This document shows positions 11,168 to 25,654 of a DNA stretch of 64,000 bases, in pieces; the first letter of the stretch is position 1; each line of letters begins with the position of its first letter. The DNA comes from Bacillus subtilis subsp. subtilis str. 168. GTDB lineage: Bacteria > Bacillota > Bacilli > Bacillales > Bacillaceae. The notes beneath the pieces are model-generated. The model searched no databases, was not told the DNA's origin, and saw only the letters and a program-made list of their open reading frames with translations. The position numbers and the translations under genes were made by a program. Location: assembly GCF_000009045.1 (NCBI RefSeq), contig NC_000964.3, positions 930,001 through 994,000 of the forward strand, given 5' to 3'.

Positions 11168-12229
11168 TTACTCTTCTGTTTCTATTTCGCAGTCTTTCGG
11201 ATGATACGTTTGAAAACTTGTGATAAGTGTTTCTAAATGTTCAAGCTGCTCGCGATATTCCACGGCGCTTGCCATAATATTGAGCATGTTGTAATCAATA
11301 AGCTCCTCATCCGTATTCTGCTGATTTTTTAAAAATGACTTTGTTAAAAGCTGCTTATACCGGATGCCTTCTTCAACCGCGTCATCATGCGGCTTGATTT
11401 TTCCGACAAACCTCATCAAAATCCGCTCGTGCCAGTAAAGCAGGTAATCAAGTTCTTCAGTCAATGTTTCCTGAAACTCTTCCGGCATATGATAGATCTC
11501 GTTTTCCAGACGATGCAGCTTCTTCAATGTATCAAGCGCCCGATTTGCAGTAATAATGGCCTGTCTGAACAGGACAAGCTTTCTTGATTTCACATAAGTC
11601 GTTTTCTTAAAGTAACTTCTTTCTTCTTTATATAGAAGATATGTCTGATCAAGCTTGATCATTTTTTCTTTCAGTTTTTCAATATCCTCTTTCAAAATCG
11701 AATGCTCTGTCGACTGCCGCATGGACAATCTGATCCACTTCATAATTTCTTCGGTGTTTTCGACGGTATTATGAATCAGCTTTGTTTCGTACTTAGGAGG
11801 CAAAAACACAAGGTTGACGATAAAGGAAGAAAGCACCCCTAAGATGACTGTGCTTGTTCTGATCAGCGCGAACATTAAAAAGTCGTCACCGGCAGATTCT
11901 AATATCGCAATGACTGTTACAAGAGCAATTGAAATTGTATGTTCAATTTTAAGTTTCAGCATGATTGTAATGACAATAACTGCTGTTAACCCGATCATAA
12001 TCGGGCTGGGTCCGAAAATAAGGCCGAACACTGTGGCAATCACAGCTCCGATGATATTTGCTTGAACCTGGTCAATAATAATGAGAAAAGAGCGGTAAAT
12101 CGACGGCTGGATCGCAAATATCGCTGCAATTCCAGCGAAAATCGGCGCGGGAAGCCCGATCCACGAAGCCAAATAAAGGGCAAGTGTAATCGCAATCCCG
12201 GTTTTGAAAATGCGGGCACCAAGTTTCAT
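11168..12229 (-). CDS. ygaE: aromatic acid exporter / FUSC-like membrane protein
   Basis: 353 aa from MKLGARIFKTGIA; N-terminal TM bundle followed by a helical C-terminal domain. Confidence 0.85.
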   Translation of the reverse strand: MKLGARIFKTGIAITLALYLASWIGLPAPIFAGIAAIFAIQPSIYRSFLIIIDQVQANIIGAVIATVFGLIFGPSPIMIGLTAVIVITIMLKLKIEHTISIALVTVIAILESAGDDFLMFALIRTSTVILGVLSSFIVNLVFLPPKYETKLIHNTVENTEEIMKWIRLSMRQSTEHSILKEDIEKLKEKMIKLDQTYLLYKEERSYFKKTTYVKSRKLVLFRQAIITANRALDTLKKLHRLENEIYHMPEEFQETLTEELDYLLYWHERILMRFVGKIKPHDDAVEEGIRYKQLLTKSFLKNQQNTDEELIDYNMLNIMASAVEYREQLEHLETLITSFQTYHPKDCEIETEE

Positions 12230-12448
12230 TGGTTTGTGCGTGCATTCCTTTCTATAGTAAATTGTGTGACATAGCAAATGGGCTAATCCTTAAAATTCCC
12301 GGTTAGTTTATTTGCTAAACAATTAAGTAATATACAGGGATCGATACAAATATTCAAGCTATTTTTCTAGAAAAAGACCAAAATCTTACACGCTGTTTGA
12401 TTCCATAAAAAAACAGGAGCTCAAAGCTCCTGTTCAAGGTATTTGATT

Positions 12449-13738
12449 CTAGTTTTTTAGATGTTTAAATGCATCCTCGACCGCTGTAAGCGTGTCTTTA
12501 ATATCCTGCTCTGTATGTGCTGTGGTAATAAACCAAGCTTCATACTTAGAAGGTGCTAAATTAATTCCGCGTTCCAGCATCAGCTTGAAAAACGTAGAGA
12601 ATGTTTCTCCGTCACTCCGTTCAGCCTGCTCGTAATTTTCCACTTTCTCATCAGAGAAGTATACCGTGAGCGCACCTTTTAACCGGTTGACCGTAATGGT
12701 GATGCCGTGTGTTTCTGCGTGCTTCAAAATGCCTTCCTCAAGCATAGCGCCAAGGTGATCAAGCTTTTCATACACGCCTTTTTCTTTGAGCACTTCCAGA
12801 CAAGCGATGCCTGATAGGATGGAAGCGGGGTTCCCTGCCATTGTTCCTGCCTGATAAGCAGGCCCTAGCGGAGCTACCTGCTCCATGATTTCTTGTTTGC
12901 CGCCATAGGCCCCAATCGGAAGTCCGCCGCCGATAATTTTCCCGAGTGCTGTTAAATCTGGTTTCACCTGTAAGAGATCCTGCGCGCCGCCATACATAAA
13001 GCGGAAAGCCGTAATGACTTCATCGTAAATAACGAGAGCCCCTGCATTATGTGTTAATTCATTTACTTGTTCTAAGAAGCCCTCTTTCGGCTCCACGATA
13101 CCGAAGTTGCCGACAATCGGTTCAACGAGAACCGCCGCGATTTCACTGCCCCATTTTTCAAGAGCTGCTTTATAGCTATCGATATCATTAAATGGTACTG
13201 TGATCACTTCGTTTGCAATGCTTTTCGGTACACCGGCTGAGTCTGGTGTGCCGAGAGTAGACGGGCCGGAGCCTGCGGCGACAAGCACAAGGTCCGAATG
13301 CCCGTGATAGCAGCCCGCAAATTTAATGATTTTTGTCCGGCCTGTATATGCGCGAGCCACGCGGATGGTCGTCATAACGGCTTCTGTACCCGAATTGACG
13401 AATCTTACTTTGTCCATAGCGGGAATGGCTTCTTTGAGCATTTTTGCAAATGTAACCTCGTGTTTCGTTGGTGTTCCATACAATACACCGTTCTCTGCTG
13501 CTTTTTTAATCGCTTCTGTAATATGCGGATGGGCATGTCCTGTAATAATCGGACCGTACGCCGCTAAATAATCGATGTATTTGTTGCCGTCCACATCCCA
13601 AAAATAAGCGCCGCTTGCTTTCTCCATTGCAACAGGAGAACCGCCGCCGACTGCTTTATATGATCTAGACGGGCTGTTTACACCGCCGACAATGTGCTGT
13701 AATGCCTCATTGTGAAGTTCAATTGATTTTGTATGCAA
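12449..13738 (-). CDS. gsaB: glutamate-1-semialdehyde 2,1-aminomutase paralogue
   Basis: 429 aa, TTG start with SD GGAGG; [20 protein letters not shown] and LGKIIGGG (PLP lysine) motifs. Confidence 0.95.
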   Translation of the reverse strand: MHTKSIELHNEALQHIVGGVNSPSRSYKAVGGGSPVAMEKASGAYFWDVDGNKYIDYLAAYGPIITGHAHPHITEAIKKAAENGVLYGTPTKHEVTFAKMLKEAIPAMDKVRFVNSGTEAVMTTIRVARAYTGRTKIIKFAGCYHGHSDLVLVAAGSGPSTLGTPDSAGVPKSIANEVITVPFNDIDSYKAALEKWGSEIAAVLVEPIVGNFGIVEPKEGFLEQVNELTHNAGALVIYDEVITAFRFMYGGAQDLLQVKPDLTALGKIIGGGLPIGAYGGKQEIMEQVAPLGPAYQAGTMAGNPASILSGIACLEVLKEKGVYEKLDHLGAMLEEGILKHAETHGITITVNRLKGALTVYFSDEKVENYEQAERSDGETFSTFFKLMLERGINLAPSKYEAWFITTAHTEQDIKDTLTAVEDAFKHLKN

Positions 13739-13890
13739 GAATAAAAACCTCCTATATCTCCATGCGTCCTTTCTATTGTAGCATGCTTCCGAACAAGAAC
13801 AATGGCTTCGGGCTTCAGATTCAGCTGAGATGGTTGTAATCTGGACAAGAATTGGATACGCTTAATAAAAAAACATCCGGAGGTAACGTA

Positions 13891-14364
13891 ATGACTATAG
13901 AAATCGGACAAAAAGCGCCTGATCTTGAGTTAAAAGGTGATCATGGGGAAACAGTAAAATTATCGGATTATAAAGGAAAGTACATCGTGCTTTATTTTTA
14001 TCCAAAGGACATGACACCGGGATGTACAACTGAAGCATGCGATTTTCGGGACAGTCACGAAAGCTTCGCCGAACTGGATGCCGTCATTATCGGCGTCAGC
14101 CCGGACAGCCAGGAAAAACACGGAAAATTTAAAGAGAAGCATAACCTTCCATTTCTGCTTCTTGTTGATGACGAGCATAAGCTGGCGGAAGCATTTGATG
14201 TGTGGAAGCTGAAGAAAAACTTCGGAAAAGAGTATATGGGAATCGAGCGTTCCACTTTTTTAATTGATAAAGAAGGCCGGCTCATTAAAGAATGGAGAAA
14301 AGTAAAAGTAAAGGACCATGTAGCCGAAGCGCTTCAAACCCTCAAAGATATGTCTGAAAAGTAA
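13891..14364 (+). CDS. ygaF: BCP/PrxQ peroxiredoxin
   Basis: 157 aa; YFYPKDMTPGCTTEAC motif. Confidence 0.95.
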   Translation: MTIEIGQKAPDLELKGDHGETVKLSDYKGKYIVLYFYPKDMTPGCTTEACDFRDSHESFAELDAVIIGVSPDSQEKHGKFKEKHNLPFLLLVDDEHKLAEAFDVWKLKKNFGKEYMGIERSTFLIDKEGRLIKEWRKVKVKDHVAEALQTLKDMSEK

Positions 14365-14403
14365 ATCTCTATGAGCCTATGCTTACTTTTACCCTGATAT
14401 CAA

Positions 14404-14450
14404 TTGACAAATTATCGTAGAAAGAGTTACACTAATTATAAACATTACAA
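14404..14450 (+). promoter_or_regulatory. perR SigA promoter with two overlapping Per boxes
   Basis: TTGACA(14404)-N18-TACACT(14428). Boxes TTACACTAATTATAA(14427-41) and TTATAAACATTACAA(14436-50) versus the consensus TTATAATNATTATAA. Confidence 0.8.
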
Positions 14451-14486
14451 TGTAAGAATTTTTTTTAGAAGAGAGGTGCATGACGG

Positions 14487-14924
14487 ATGGCTGCACATGA
14501 ACTAAAAGAAGCCTTAGAAACGTTGAAGGAAACCGGAGTTCGCATTACTCCTCAACGTCATGCGATTCTGGAATATCTCGTTAACTCTATGGCTCATCCA
14601 ACAGCGGACGATATATATAAAGCTCTGGAAGGGAAATTTCCTAACATGAGCGTAGCGACGGTATATAACAATTTGCGTGTGTTCCGGGAATCAGGTTTGG
14701 TAAAAGAGCTCACATACGGTGATGCTTCCAGCAGATTCGATTTTGTCACATCCGATCACTATCACGCGATTTGCGAAAACTGCGGTAAAATTGTGGACTT
14801 CCACTACCCGGGCCTTGATGAAGTGGAGCAGCTCGCTGCCCACGTCACGGGCTTCAAGGTAAGCCACCACCGTTTAGAAATTTACGGCGTCTGCCAAGAG
14901 TGTTCGAAAAAAGAAAATCATTAA
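14487..14924 (+). CDS. perR: peroxide-sensing Fur-family repressor
   Basis: 145 aa; [24 protein letters not shown] and CQEC motifs. Confidence 0.98.
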   Translation: MAAHELKEALETLKETGVRITPQRHAILEYLVNSMAHPTADDIYKALEGKFPNMSVATVYNNLRVFRESGLVKELTYGDASSRFDFVTSDHYHAICENCGKIVDFHYPGLDEVEQLAAHVTGFKVSHHRLEIYGVCQECSKKENH

Positions 14925-14960
14925 AAATAAGCTGACCGCACGAAACGGTCAGCTTATTTT
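14924..14960. terminator. bidirectional terminator perR/ygzB
   Basis: AAAATAAGCTGACCG...CGGTCAGCTTATTTT. Confidence 0.85.
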
Positions 14961-15312
14961 ATTTCGACATTTTCTTTTTATTATAAGACTCATCAAATTC
15001 TTTTCCTTCTAATCCCTTATCTAAAGTCAGCGGCTCTCGGCAATGCATGCACATATCGACTACTCCTAAAACCTTTGTCTCTTTATCACAGCCTGGACAA
15101 ATGACGCGAACCGCTTTAGTCGAAAGCATTCCGATCCAAAAGTAAACTACCGTGCTGAGACCGATGGATAAAAGCCCAAGTATCATAAACAAACTAGAAA
15201 GCAAAACTGACTCTTTGAAAAAGATCCCGATGTACATAATGATAAACCCAACGAAAACCAAACTTAACGCAAATGTTCTGATTTTATTAATTTTGCTGGA
15301 GTATTTCGCCAT
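14959..15312 (-). CDS. ygzB: UPF0295 membrane protein with a CxxC/CxxC zinc ribbon
   Basis: 117 aa; two TM helices, CPGC and CMHC motifs; SD AGAGGGG. Confidence 0.85.
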   Translation of the reverse strand: MAKYSSKINKIRTFALSLVFVGFIIMYIGIFFKESVLLSSLFMILGLLSIGLSTVVYFWIGMLSTKAVRVICPGCDKETKVLGVVDMCMHCREPLTLDKGLEGKEFDESYNKKKMSK

Positions 15313-15519
15313 GTCCATCCCCCTCTGTTTTAACTATAGCACAAACCCGATGGGATTTTCTTCATGTTTTCGGTTGAACTGGAATTTACATATGGAGAGT
15401 TACTGTGAAATTGTTTATAATAGTTCAATGTGTTTAGAAAAAAGGAATTTCGTTTTAACCATAGAATTGAATCAAATAGAGAATAAAAAAATTTGAACAA
15501 TTGCATTGGAGGAATAGTG

Positions 15520-16404
15520 ATGGAAAATCTTCTCCGTCCAATTTACCAAGAAAGAGCAAGTCACCCCAATACATTGGCTGTCATTATGATTGAGAGAAGA
15601 AACAAAACATCTTCCTTAACAGATAACTTTGATGCAGCTTTGCTGGTGATTGTAAAGGATGCTGATGAGCCAGTTTTTATAAAGCATTATGAATTTGATC
15701 ATCAAACAGCTTCTTTGCATGTGGTAACAGATTCTCAGATTCAAGAATGGATTTTGCTTGGAACAAATAGAAGAATCATAGATTGGATTGTAAATGGCAG
15801 AGTCTTGTTTGACCGTAATGAATACGTAGTTGAACTGATTGACAGGCTGAATACATTTCCGTTTGCCGAACGTAAACTGAAGATCGGACTCGAATACGGC
15901 AAATTAATCAGAAGGTATGTTGAAGGGAAAGCTTTTTTTGAAGCCAATCAATTTTTAGATGCCTACAATGCCGTTGTTCATGCGCTGCATCATTTAGCAC
16001 GTATTGAAGTAATCGACAGAGGATTCCATCCCGAAACCACGGTGTGGAGCCAAGTGCGCCAGATGGAGCCCCAAGTGTACAAATTATATTCCGAGCTGAT
16101 TGAAAGTCATGAGAGCCTGGAAAAAAGACTTGAATTATTATTCTTAGCAAATGATTTTCTCATCCATTCCAAAGCCGAGATCGGTTCGGCGCATCTTTTC
16201 GAAGTAATGAAAGAAAAAGACATTTGGCAATTCGGTGAGCTTCTTCAACATCATGACCTAAAGCACTTTACCCAAGATCTTGGCGTTATGCTTGATTACT
16301 TGACGGAAAAGGGACTTATCAACGTCTGCCAGATAGAAACGAAAGGACAGGCTGTCTATCACCGAGGATATTCTTTTAAAAAAGGTGTTGACTCTGATTC
16401 TTGA
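15520..16404 (+). CDS. ygxA: nucleotidyltransferase-like protein of unknown function
   Basis: 294 aa, SD GGAGG; immediately upstream of the rRNA operon; the family call is from recall. Confidence 0.8.
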   Translation: MENLLRPIYQERASHPNTLAVIMIERRNKTSSLTDNFDAALLVIVKDADEPVFIKHYEFDHQTASLHVVTDSQIQEWILLGTNRRIIDWIVNGRVLFDRNEYVVELIDRLNTFPFAERKLKIGLEYGKLIRRYVEGKAFFEANQFLDAYNAVVHALHHLARIEVIDRGFHPETTVWSQVRQMEPQVYKLYSELIESHESLEKRLELLFLANDFLIHSKAEIGSAHLFEVMKEKDIWQFGELLQHHDLKHFTQDLGVMLDYLTEKGLINVCQIETKGQAVYHRGYSFKKGVDSDS

Positions 16405-16416
16405 CCGTGTTATATT
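16388..16416 (+). promoter_or_regulatory. rrnD P1 promoter (overlaps the ygxA 3' end)
   Basis: TTGACT(16388)-N17-TATATT(16411) with an extended -10 TG and an upstream A-tract. Confidence 0.85.
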
Positions 16417-16485
16417 ATTAAACGTCGCTGATGCGCTTCTGAGAAAACAAGCTCACAGCGGCGGGAAAATAAATCAAAAAAACAT

Positions 16486-16514
16486 TTGACAAAAGAAAGT
16501 CAAAATGTTATATT
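16486..16514 (+). promoter_or_regulatory. rrnD P2 promoter
   Basis: TTGACA(16486)-N17-TATATT(16509) with an extended -10 TG and an A-tract UP element. Confidence 0.88.
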
Positions 16515-16696
16515 AATAAAGTCGCTTCAACAAGAAGTGAAAATGATCTTTGAAAACTAAACAAGACAAAACGTACCTGTTAATTCAGTTTTTAAAAAAT
16601 CGCACAGCGATGTGCGTAGTCAGTCAAACTAGGGCCTGCACGACGCAGGTCACACAGGTGTCGCCGCAGGATGCGGTGAACTTAACCTGTGATCCA

Positions 16697-18257
<1,561 letters not shown>

Positions 18258-18417
18258 TATACGGAATATAAGACCTTGGGTCTTATAAACAGAACGTTCC
18301 CTGTCTTGTTTAGTTTTGAAGGATCATTCCTTCGAAACGTGTTCTTTGAAAACTAGATAACAGTAGACATCACATTCAATTAGTAATACAAGATATCACA
18401 TAGTGATTCTTTTTAAC

Positions 18418-21345
<2,928 letters not shown>

Positions 21346-21407
21346 ATTTTTGAATGATGTCACACCTGTTATCTAGTTTTGAGAGAATAAGTTTTTCAAA
21401 AAAACAC

Positions 21408-21436
21408 TTGATTTTCTCAAGAATACATAGTATAAT
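21408..21436 (+). promoter_or_regulatory. internal SigA promoter in the 23S-5S spacer
   Basis: TTGATT(21408)-N17-TATAAT(21431), preceded by an A-tract. Confidence 0.75.
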
Positions 21437-21456
21437 GTTAAATGTCACTGAAATTG

Positions 21457-21572
<116 letters not shown>

Positions 21573-21581
21573 AGACTTCAT

Positions 21582-21656
21582 TCCGCAGTAGCTCAGTGGT
21601 AGAGCTATCGGCTGTTAACCGATCGGTCGTAGGTTCGAATCCTACCTGCGGAGCCA
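21582..21656 (+). tRNA. trnD-Asn: tRNA-Asn(GTT)
   Basis: Cloverleaf, anticodon loop CTGTTAA, CCA encoded. Confidence 0.95.
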
Positions 21657-21661
21657 TTATT

Positions 21662-21753
21662 GGAGAGCTGTCCGAGTGGTCGAAGGAGCACGATTGGAAA
21701 TCGTGTAGGCGGTCAACTCCGTCTCAAGGGTTCGAATCCCTTGCTCTCCGCCA
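21662..21753 (+). tRNA. trnD-Ser: tRNA-Ser(GGA)
   Basis: Loop TTGGAAA, long variable arm, CCA encoded. Confidence 0.95.
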
Positions 21754-21787
21754 CTGATACTTATACATAATTACAATTGAAAGTCTG

Positions 21788-21859
21788 GGCCCGTTGGTCA
21801 AGCGGTTAAGACACCGCCCTTTCACGGCGGTAACACGGGTTCGAATCCCGTACGGGTCA
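21788..21859 (+). tRNA. trnD-Glu: tRNA-Glu(TTC)
   Basis: Loop CTTTCAC; CCA not encoded. Confidence 0.93.
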
Positions 21860-21868
21860 TTATATGAT

Positions 21869-21944
21869 GGAGGATTAGCTCAGCTGGGAGAGCATCTGCC
21901 TTACAAGCAGAGGGTCGGCGGTTCGAGCCCGTCATCCTCCACCA
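21869..21944 (+). tRNA. trnD-Val: tRNA-Val(TAC)
   Basis: Loop CTTACAA, CCA encoded. Confidence 0.95.
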
Positions 21945-21953
21945 TTATATCAT

Positions 21954-22031
<78 letters not shown>

Positions 22032-22041
22032 ATTTTAAAAT

Positions 22042-22118
22042 GGTCCGGTAGTTCAGTTGGTTAGAATGCCTGCCTGTCACGCAGGAGGTCGCGGGTTCGA
22101 GTCCCGTCCGGACCGCCA
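22042..22118 (+). tRNA. trnD-Asp: tRNA-Asp(GTC)
   Basis: Loop CTGTCAC, CCA encoded. Confidence 0.95.
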
Positions 22119-22130
22119 TTTGAATACTTA

Positions 22131-22206
<76 letters not shown>

Positions 22207-22211
22207 CCTAT

Positions 22212-22284
<73 letters not shown>

Positions 22285-22306
22285 CTGTTTTTTCAAAATT
22301 TAATGT

Positions 22307-22391
22307 GGAGGGGTAGCGAAGTGGCTAAACGCGGCGGACTGTAAATCCGCTCCCTCAGGGTTCGGCAGTTCGAATCTGCCCCCCTCCACCA
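22307..22391 (+). tRNA. trnD-Tyr: tRNA-Tyr(GTA)
   Basis: Loop CTGTAAA, long variable arm, CCA encoded. Confidence 0.95.
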
Positions 22392-22396
22392 TTTAT

Positions 22397-22470
22397 AGGG
22401 GCATAGTTTAACGGTAGAACAGAGGTCTCCAAAACCTCCGGTGTGGGTTCGATTCCTACTGCCCCTGCCA
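22397..22470 (+). tRNA. trnD-Trp: tRNA-Trp(CCA)
   Basis: Loop CTCCAAA, CCA encoded. Confidence 0.95.
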
Positions 22471-22493
22471 AATTTATGACATCTTGAGATTAT

Positions 22494-22570
22494 GGCGGTT
22501 GTGGCGAAGTGGTTAACGCACCAGATTGTGGCTCTGGCACTCGTGGGTTCGATTCCCATCAATCGCCCCA
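22494..22570 (+). tRNA. trnD-His: tRNA-His(GTG)
   Basis: Loop TTGTGGC, encoded G-1, CCA encoded. Confidence 0.95.
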
Positions 22571-22579
22571 TATTATCAT

Positions 22580-22651
22580 TGGGCTATAGCCAAGCGGTAA
22601 GGCAACGGACTTTGACTCCGTCATGCGTTGGTTCGAATCCAGCTAGCCCAG
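22580..22651 (+). tRNA. trnD-Gln: tRNA-Gln(TTG)
   Basis: Loop CTTTGAC; CCA not encoded. Confidence 0.93.
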
Positions 22652-22700
22652 TCTCACTTTTTATATCAACTGCATATAATGTATTAAGTCCATTAAAAAT

Positions 22701-22775
22701 GCGGAAGTAGTTCAGTGGTAGAACACCACCTTGCCAAGGTGGGGGTCGCGGGTTCGAATCCCGTCTTCCGCTCCA
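22701..22775 (+). tRNA. trnD-Gly: tRNA-Gly(GCC)
   Basis: Loop TTGCCAA, CCA encoded. Confidence 0.95.
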
Positions 22776-22780
22776 ATTAC

Positions 22781-22851
<71 letters not shown>

Positions 22852-22858
22852 TCTTATT

Positions 22859-22947
22859 GCCGGGGTGGTGGAATTGGCAGACACACAGGACTTAAAATCC
22901 TGCGGTAGGTGACTACCGTGCCGGTTCAAGTCCGGCCCTCGGCACCA
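22859..22947 (+). tRNA. trnD-Leu1: tRNA-Leu(TAA)
   Basis: Loop CTTAAAA, long variable arm, CCA encoded. Confidence 0.95.
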
Positions 22948-23009
22948 ATTTTACTTACATGGTAAGTTGAATTGGTGTTTGTGTTTTATCATTATAACTA
23001 ATCATATTA

Positions 23010-23037
23010 ATGATCTACATAAGTAGATCATTTTTTT
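23010..23037 (+). terminator. probable terminator of the rrnD/trnD transcript
   Basis: ATGATCTAC-ataa-GTAGATCAT followed by a T6 run. Confidence 0.6.
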
Positions 23038-23151
23038 AATGCTTTGATTTATCATAACAAGTTAAGTTCCGAGGCCTATTATAAAGCGGCTGTATAGCTA
23101 GTCTTTCAACACTTTTATTTTATATTTCCATAAAAACTTTTTTGAAATACG

Positions 23152-23180
23152 TTGACACTTTATGAGATCCATGATATATT
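23152..23180 (+). promoter_or_regulatory. SigA promoter of tRNA-Leu(CAA)
   Basis: TTGACA(23152)-N17-TATATT(23175) with an extended -10 TG. Confidence 0.8.
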
Positions 23181-23212
23181 TATATTCGTCGGTTAGATAC
23201 GACGTAAAACTT

Positions 23213-23294
23213 GCCGGTGTGGCGGAATTGGCAGACGCGCACGACTCAAAATCGTGTTCCTTCTGGAGTGTCGGTTCGACCCCGACCACCGGTA
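23213..23294 (+). tRNA. trnD-Leu2: tRNA-Leu(CAA)
   Basis: Loop CTCAAAA; followed by the terminator AAAAACCCGTTTC...GAAACGGGTTTTT. Confidence 0.93.
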
Positions 23295-23372
23295 TACTGA
23301 AAAACCCGTTTCTTAACAGAAACGGGTTTTTATTTTTTATTAAAGAAAAGGAGCCTCGGCTCCTTTTTATAC

Positions 23373-24149
23373 TTACTCAGCGTATTGGTCTAGGATCTCT
23401 TCTAGCACCTCTTCTAGCTCTTCTGTATCTTCAAGCTCTGATTGGCTGAAACGGACGCGTACAAGCTGTTCTCCGTCATTATACATCTCTTCCAACCACC
23501 CTCGGAGTCCTCTTGCTCTGCGGTCGACTTCGAAAATGATTTCCAAACCGTCTTCGTCTAAAAGGAAAATGAGCTCTAATTCATCAAGCATCTGACGATA
23601 ATATCCGGAAGTCGGAACGAATTCGAATTCTTGAACGAACGGAAGACGACGCTGGAAGTAGGGCGCTTGTTCGCAGTCTGCTTCGTTAAGACGGAAGCCC
23701 AGGTTTTCGATTGCTTCAAGCACATTTTCAATCCAAGGGTGCGCTTCAACGAAAATGCGGTCATGATCGGATTTATCGATACCGCCTTGAATGTCAAGGT
23801 CTGTCACCACGGCAACCTCTACTTTCCCTACAGTGATCGGCGTATCTAGAGGCAGAGTGAATGTGAACGGAAATTGATGCTCTTCACCAGGCTGTATGGT
23901 AAATGAACCAGTGACCCGGAAAGAATGAATTGTAGCGTATTTCCGGTGCTCTTCATCGTCTTTTACAATGACATACCGTGTGCTAAGCTGTAAATCGATA
24001 TAACGGATGTCCTGAGCGATTTTTCCGCCTTTGACATGTACCGTTCCCTGTACTTCTTCTCCTGGAAAATATGCGTCTTTTTCTAAAATTGTATCTACTT
24101 TTGCAGCTCCAATTCCGGCACTTGCCGCAAGCTTCTTAAAAAATGACAT
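23373..24149 (-). CDS. spo0M: sporulation-control protein, arrestin-like fold
   Basis: 258 aa, MSFFKKLAASAGIGAAKVDT...EFEFVP...EVDRRARG. Confidence 0.95.
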   Translation of the reverse strand: MSFFKKLAASAGIGAAKVDTILEKDAYFPGEEVQGTVHVKGGKIAQDIRYIDLQLSTRYVIVKDDEEHRKYATIHSFRVTGSFTIQPGEEHQFPFTFTLPLDTPITVGKVEVAVVTDLDIQGGIDKSDHDRIFVEAHPWIENVLEAIENLGFRLNEADCEQAPYFQRRLPFVQEFEFVPTSGYYRQMLDELELIFLLDEDGLEIIFEVDRRARGLRGWLEEMYNDGEQLVRVRFSQSELEDTEELEEVLEEILDQYAE

Positions 24150-24208
24150 GTTAGATCTTCCCCTTTTTCTTTTTTCTCAACAGATATACGTAAGAAGGAG
24201 GAAAAAAG

Positions 24209-24234
24209 ATTCGTTTGATTCATACTTTTTTCCT
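24209..24234 (-). promoter_or_regulatory. SigH-type promoter of spo0M
   Basis: Minus strand AGGA-N18-GAAT; spo0M is a known SigH gene. Confidence 0.6.
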
Positions 24235-24290
24235 ATTATTCGTCTCGGCCTAGGGACAGACTAAGAATAATATTGAAAATAAAGGAGTCG

Positions 24291-24494
24291 ATGGAAGTGA
24301 ATAAAGAAAGTTTGGTTGCAGATGAATTACACAGAATGTTTTTGGCTGGTGAGCTGCAAATCACAGTAGAGGAGGATATAAACAATATTTCCGAAAGGCT
24401 GAGAAACGGCGATCTCAGTTTAGACCGATTAAGCGGTGAAGACGTGTTTATAAAAGAAACGGTAAATGAGGCTTTAAGAAGAGTGGAGCAATAA
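24291..24494 (+). CDS. ygzA: small hypothetical protein
   Basis: 67 aa from the ATG at 24291, SD AAGGAG. Confidence 0.7.
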   Translation: MEVNKESLVADELHRMFLAGELQITVEEDINNISERLRNGDLSLDRLSGEDVFIKETVNEALRRVEQ

Positions 24495-24578
24495 AAAAGA
24501 GACGGCATCTCATCTTTGAGATCCCGTCTCTTTTTGTGGTCTTTGCTGTAAGATAAAAGCGAATCGATTTGGAATTGC

Positions 24579-24776
24579 TCACCCGAGCCACCCCTTTTCT
24601 AACAGAAGATCTGACAGTTCATCATGGAGATAAACAGCTGTATCTAATTGATCATGCAATGCTCTTCTGATGTGGGGATTTTCGGTTGCTGTTGTTGCGA
24701 CAGTGTATTTGTTAATGCTGGTTTTTATTGTTGTTAACAAATCAAGAATATCTTTGGGACAAAGACTTTGTTCAAT
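24579..24776 (-). CDS. ygzC: Coat_F-like small spore coat protein; start codon atypical (see findings)
   Basis: RRALHDQL...HDELSDLLLEKGW resembles Coat_F. SD AAAGGAGGTG at 24793-24784 precedes an in-frame ATT at 24776; the ORF-finder start (TTG 24851) has no SD. Confidence 0.6.
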   Translation of the reverse strand: MEQSLCPKDILDLLTTIKTSINKYTVATTATENPHIRRALHDQLDTAVYLHDELSDLLLEKGWLG

Positions 24777-24892
24777 GGGAAACCACCTCCTTTGTTTTTT
24801 TAGCAGCTCCTGATAAGAAAGTATTTGACTTTGTTTCTTGCTTCTATACAAAATGCTATAATAAGCAACAAATTTTGTTGGGGGGTGTGATG

Positions 24893-25585
24893 ATGAAGCA
24901 GATTATTGCGATGGGGGGCGGGGGTTTTTCGATGGAGCCGGATAATTTGTCCCTCGATCAATATATCCTCAATCAATCAAAACGAGAGCAGCCTCGTATT
25001 TGTTTTTTGCCGACGGCGAGCGGAGATTCCCAAAACTATATTCAGCGGTTTTATCATGCATTTCAAACATTGGATTGCGTGCCGTCTCATTTATCTTTGT
25101 TTAAGCCACCATCATCAGATTTAGTTTCTTTTGTTATGGAAATGGACGTGATTTATGTTGGCGGGGGAAATACGCGGAATTTACTTGTGTTATGGAAAGA
25201 GTGGGGGCTGGACCATATTCTCAGGGAAGCATGGAAGAACGGTGTGGTTGTAGCTGGAATAAGTGCCGGTGCGATCTGCTGGTTTGAAGAAGGGGTGACA
25301 GATTCAGCCGGACCGCTGACAAGTTTGAAAAGTTTAGGTTTTTTGCAAGGGAGCTTTTGTCCCCATTATGACGGGGAAAAGGATCGGAGACCGGCATACC
25401 ACCAGCTGATATCTAACAAGTTCTTATGCAGTGGCTATGCAGCGGATGATGGGGCTGCTCTCCATTTCATAAATGATCAGCTGTTTCAGACTGTGAGTTC
25501 AAGGTCGGGTGCAAAGGCATATCGGGTGATGATGGCTGAACATGAAATAGCTGAAATCCCGTTGCCGGTCAAATATTTAGGGTGA
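24893..25585 (+). CDS. ygaJ: peptidase E (S51) family protein
   Basis: 230 aa; FLPTASGD, YVGGGNT, AGISAGA (catalytic Ser) and CPHY motifs. Confidence 0.92.
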   Translation: MKQIIAMGGGGFSMEPDNLSLDQYILNQSKREQPRICFLPTASGDSQNYIQRFYHAFQTLDCVPSHLSLFKPPSSDLVSFVMEMDVIYVGGGNTRNLLVLWKEWGLDHILREAWKNGVVVAGISAGAICWFEEGVTDSAGPLTSLKSLGFLQGSFCPHYDGEKDRRPAYHQLISNKFLCSGYAADDGAALHFINDQLFQTVSSRSGAKAYRVMMAEHEIAEIPLPVKYLG

Positions 25586-25654
25586 AATTGGCTGAATATT
25601 ATCTATATTCCTCTTTTTTTCAGATTGATTTTATGATAAGATGAGTGCGAAATC

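Noticed and set aside
22948-23212. AT-rich spacer before tRNA-Leu(CAA), and the tRNA-Gly(TCC) locus, as possible integration sites
   Set aside because: There is no integrase, no duplicated tRNA 3' end and no foreign genes; a terminator and promoter explain the spacer.
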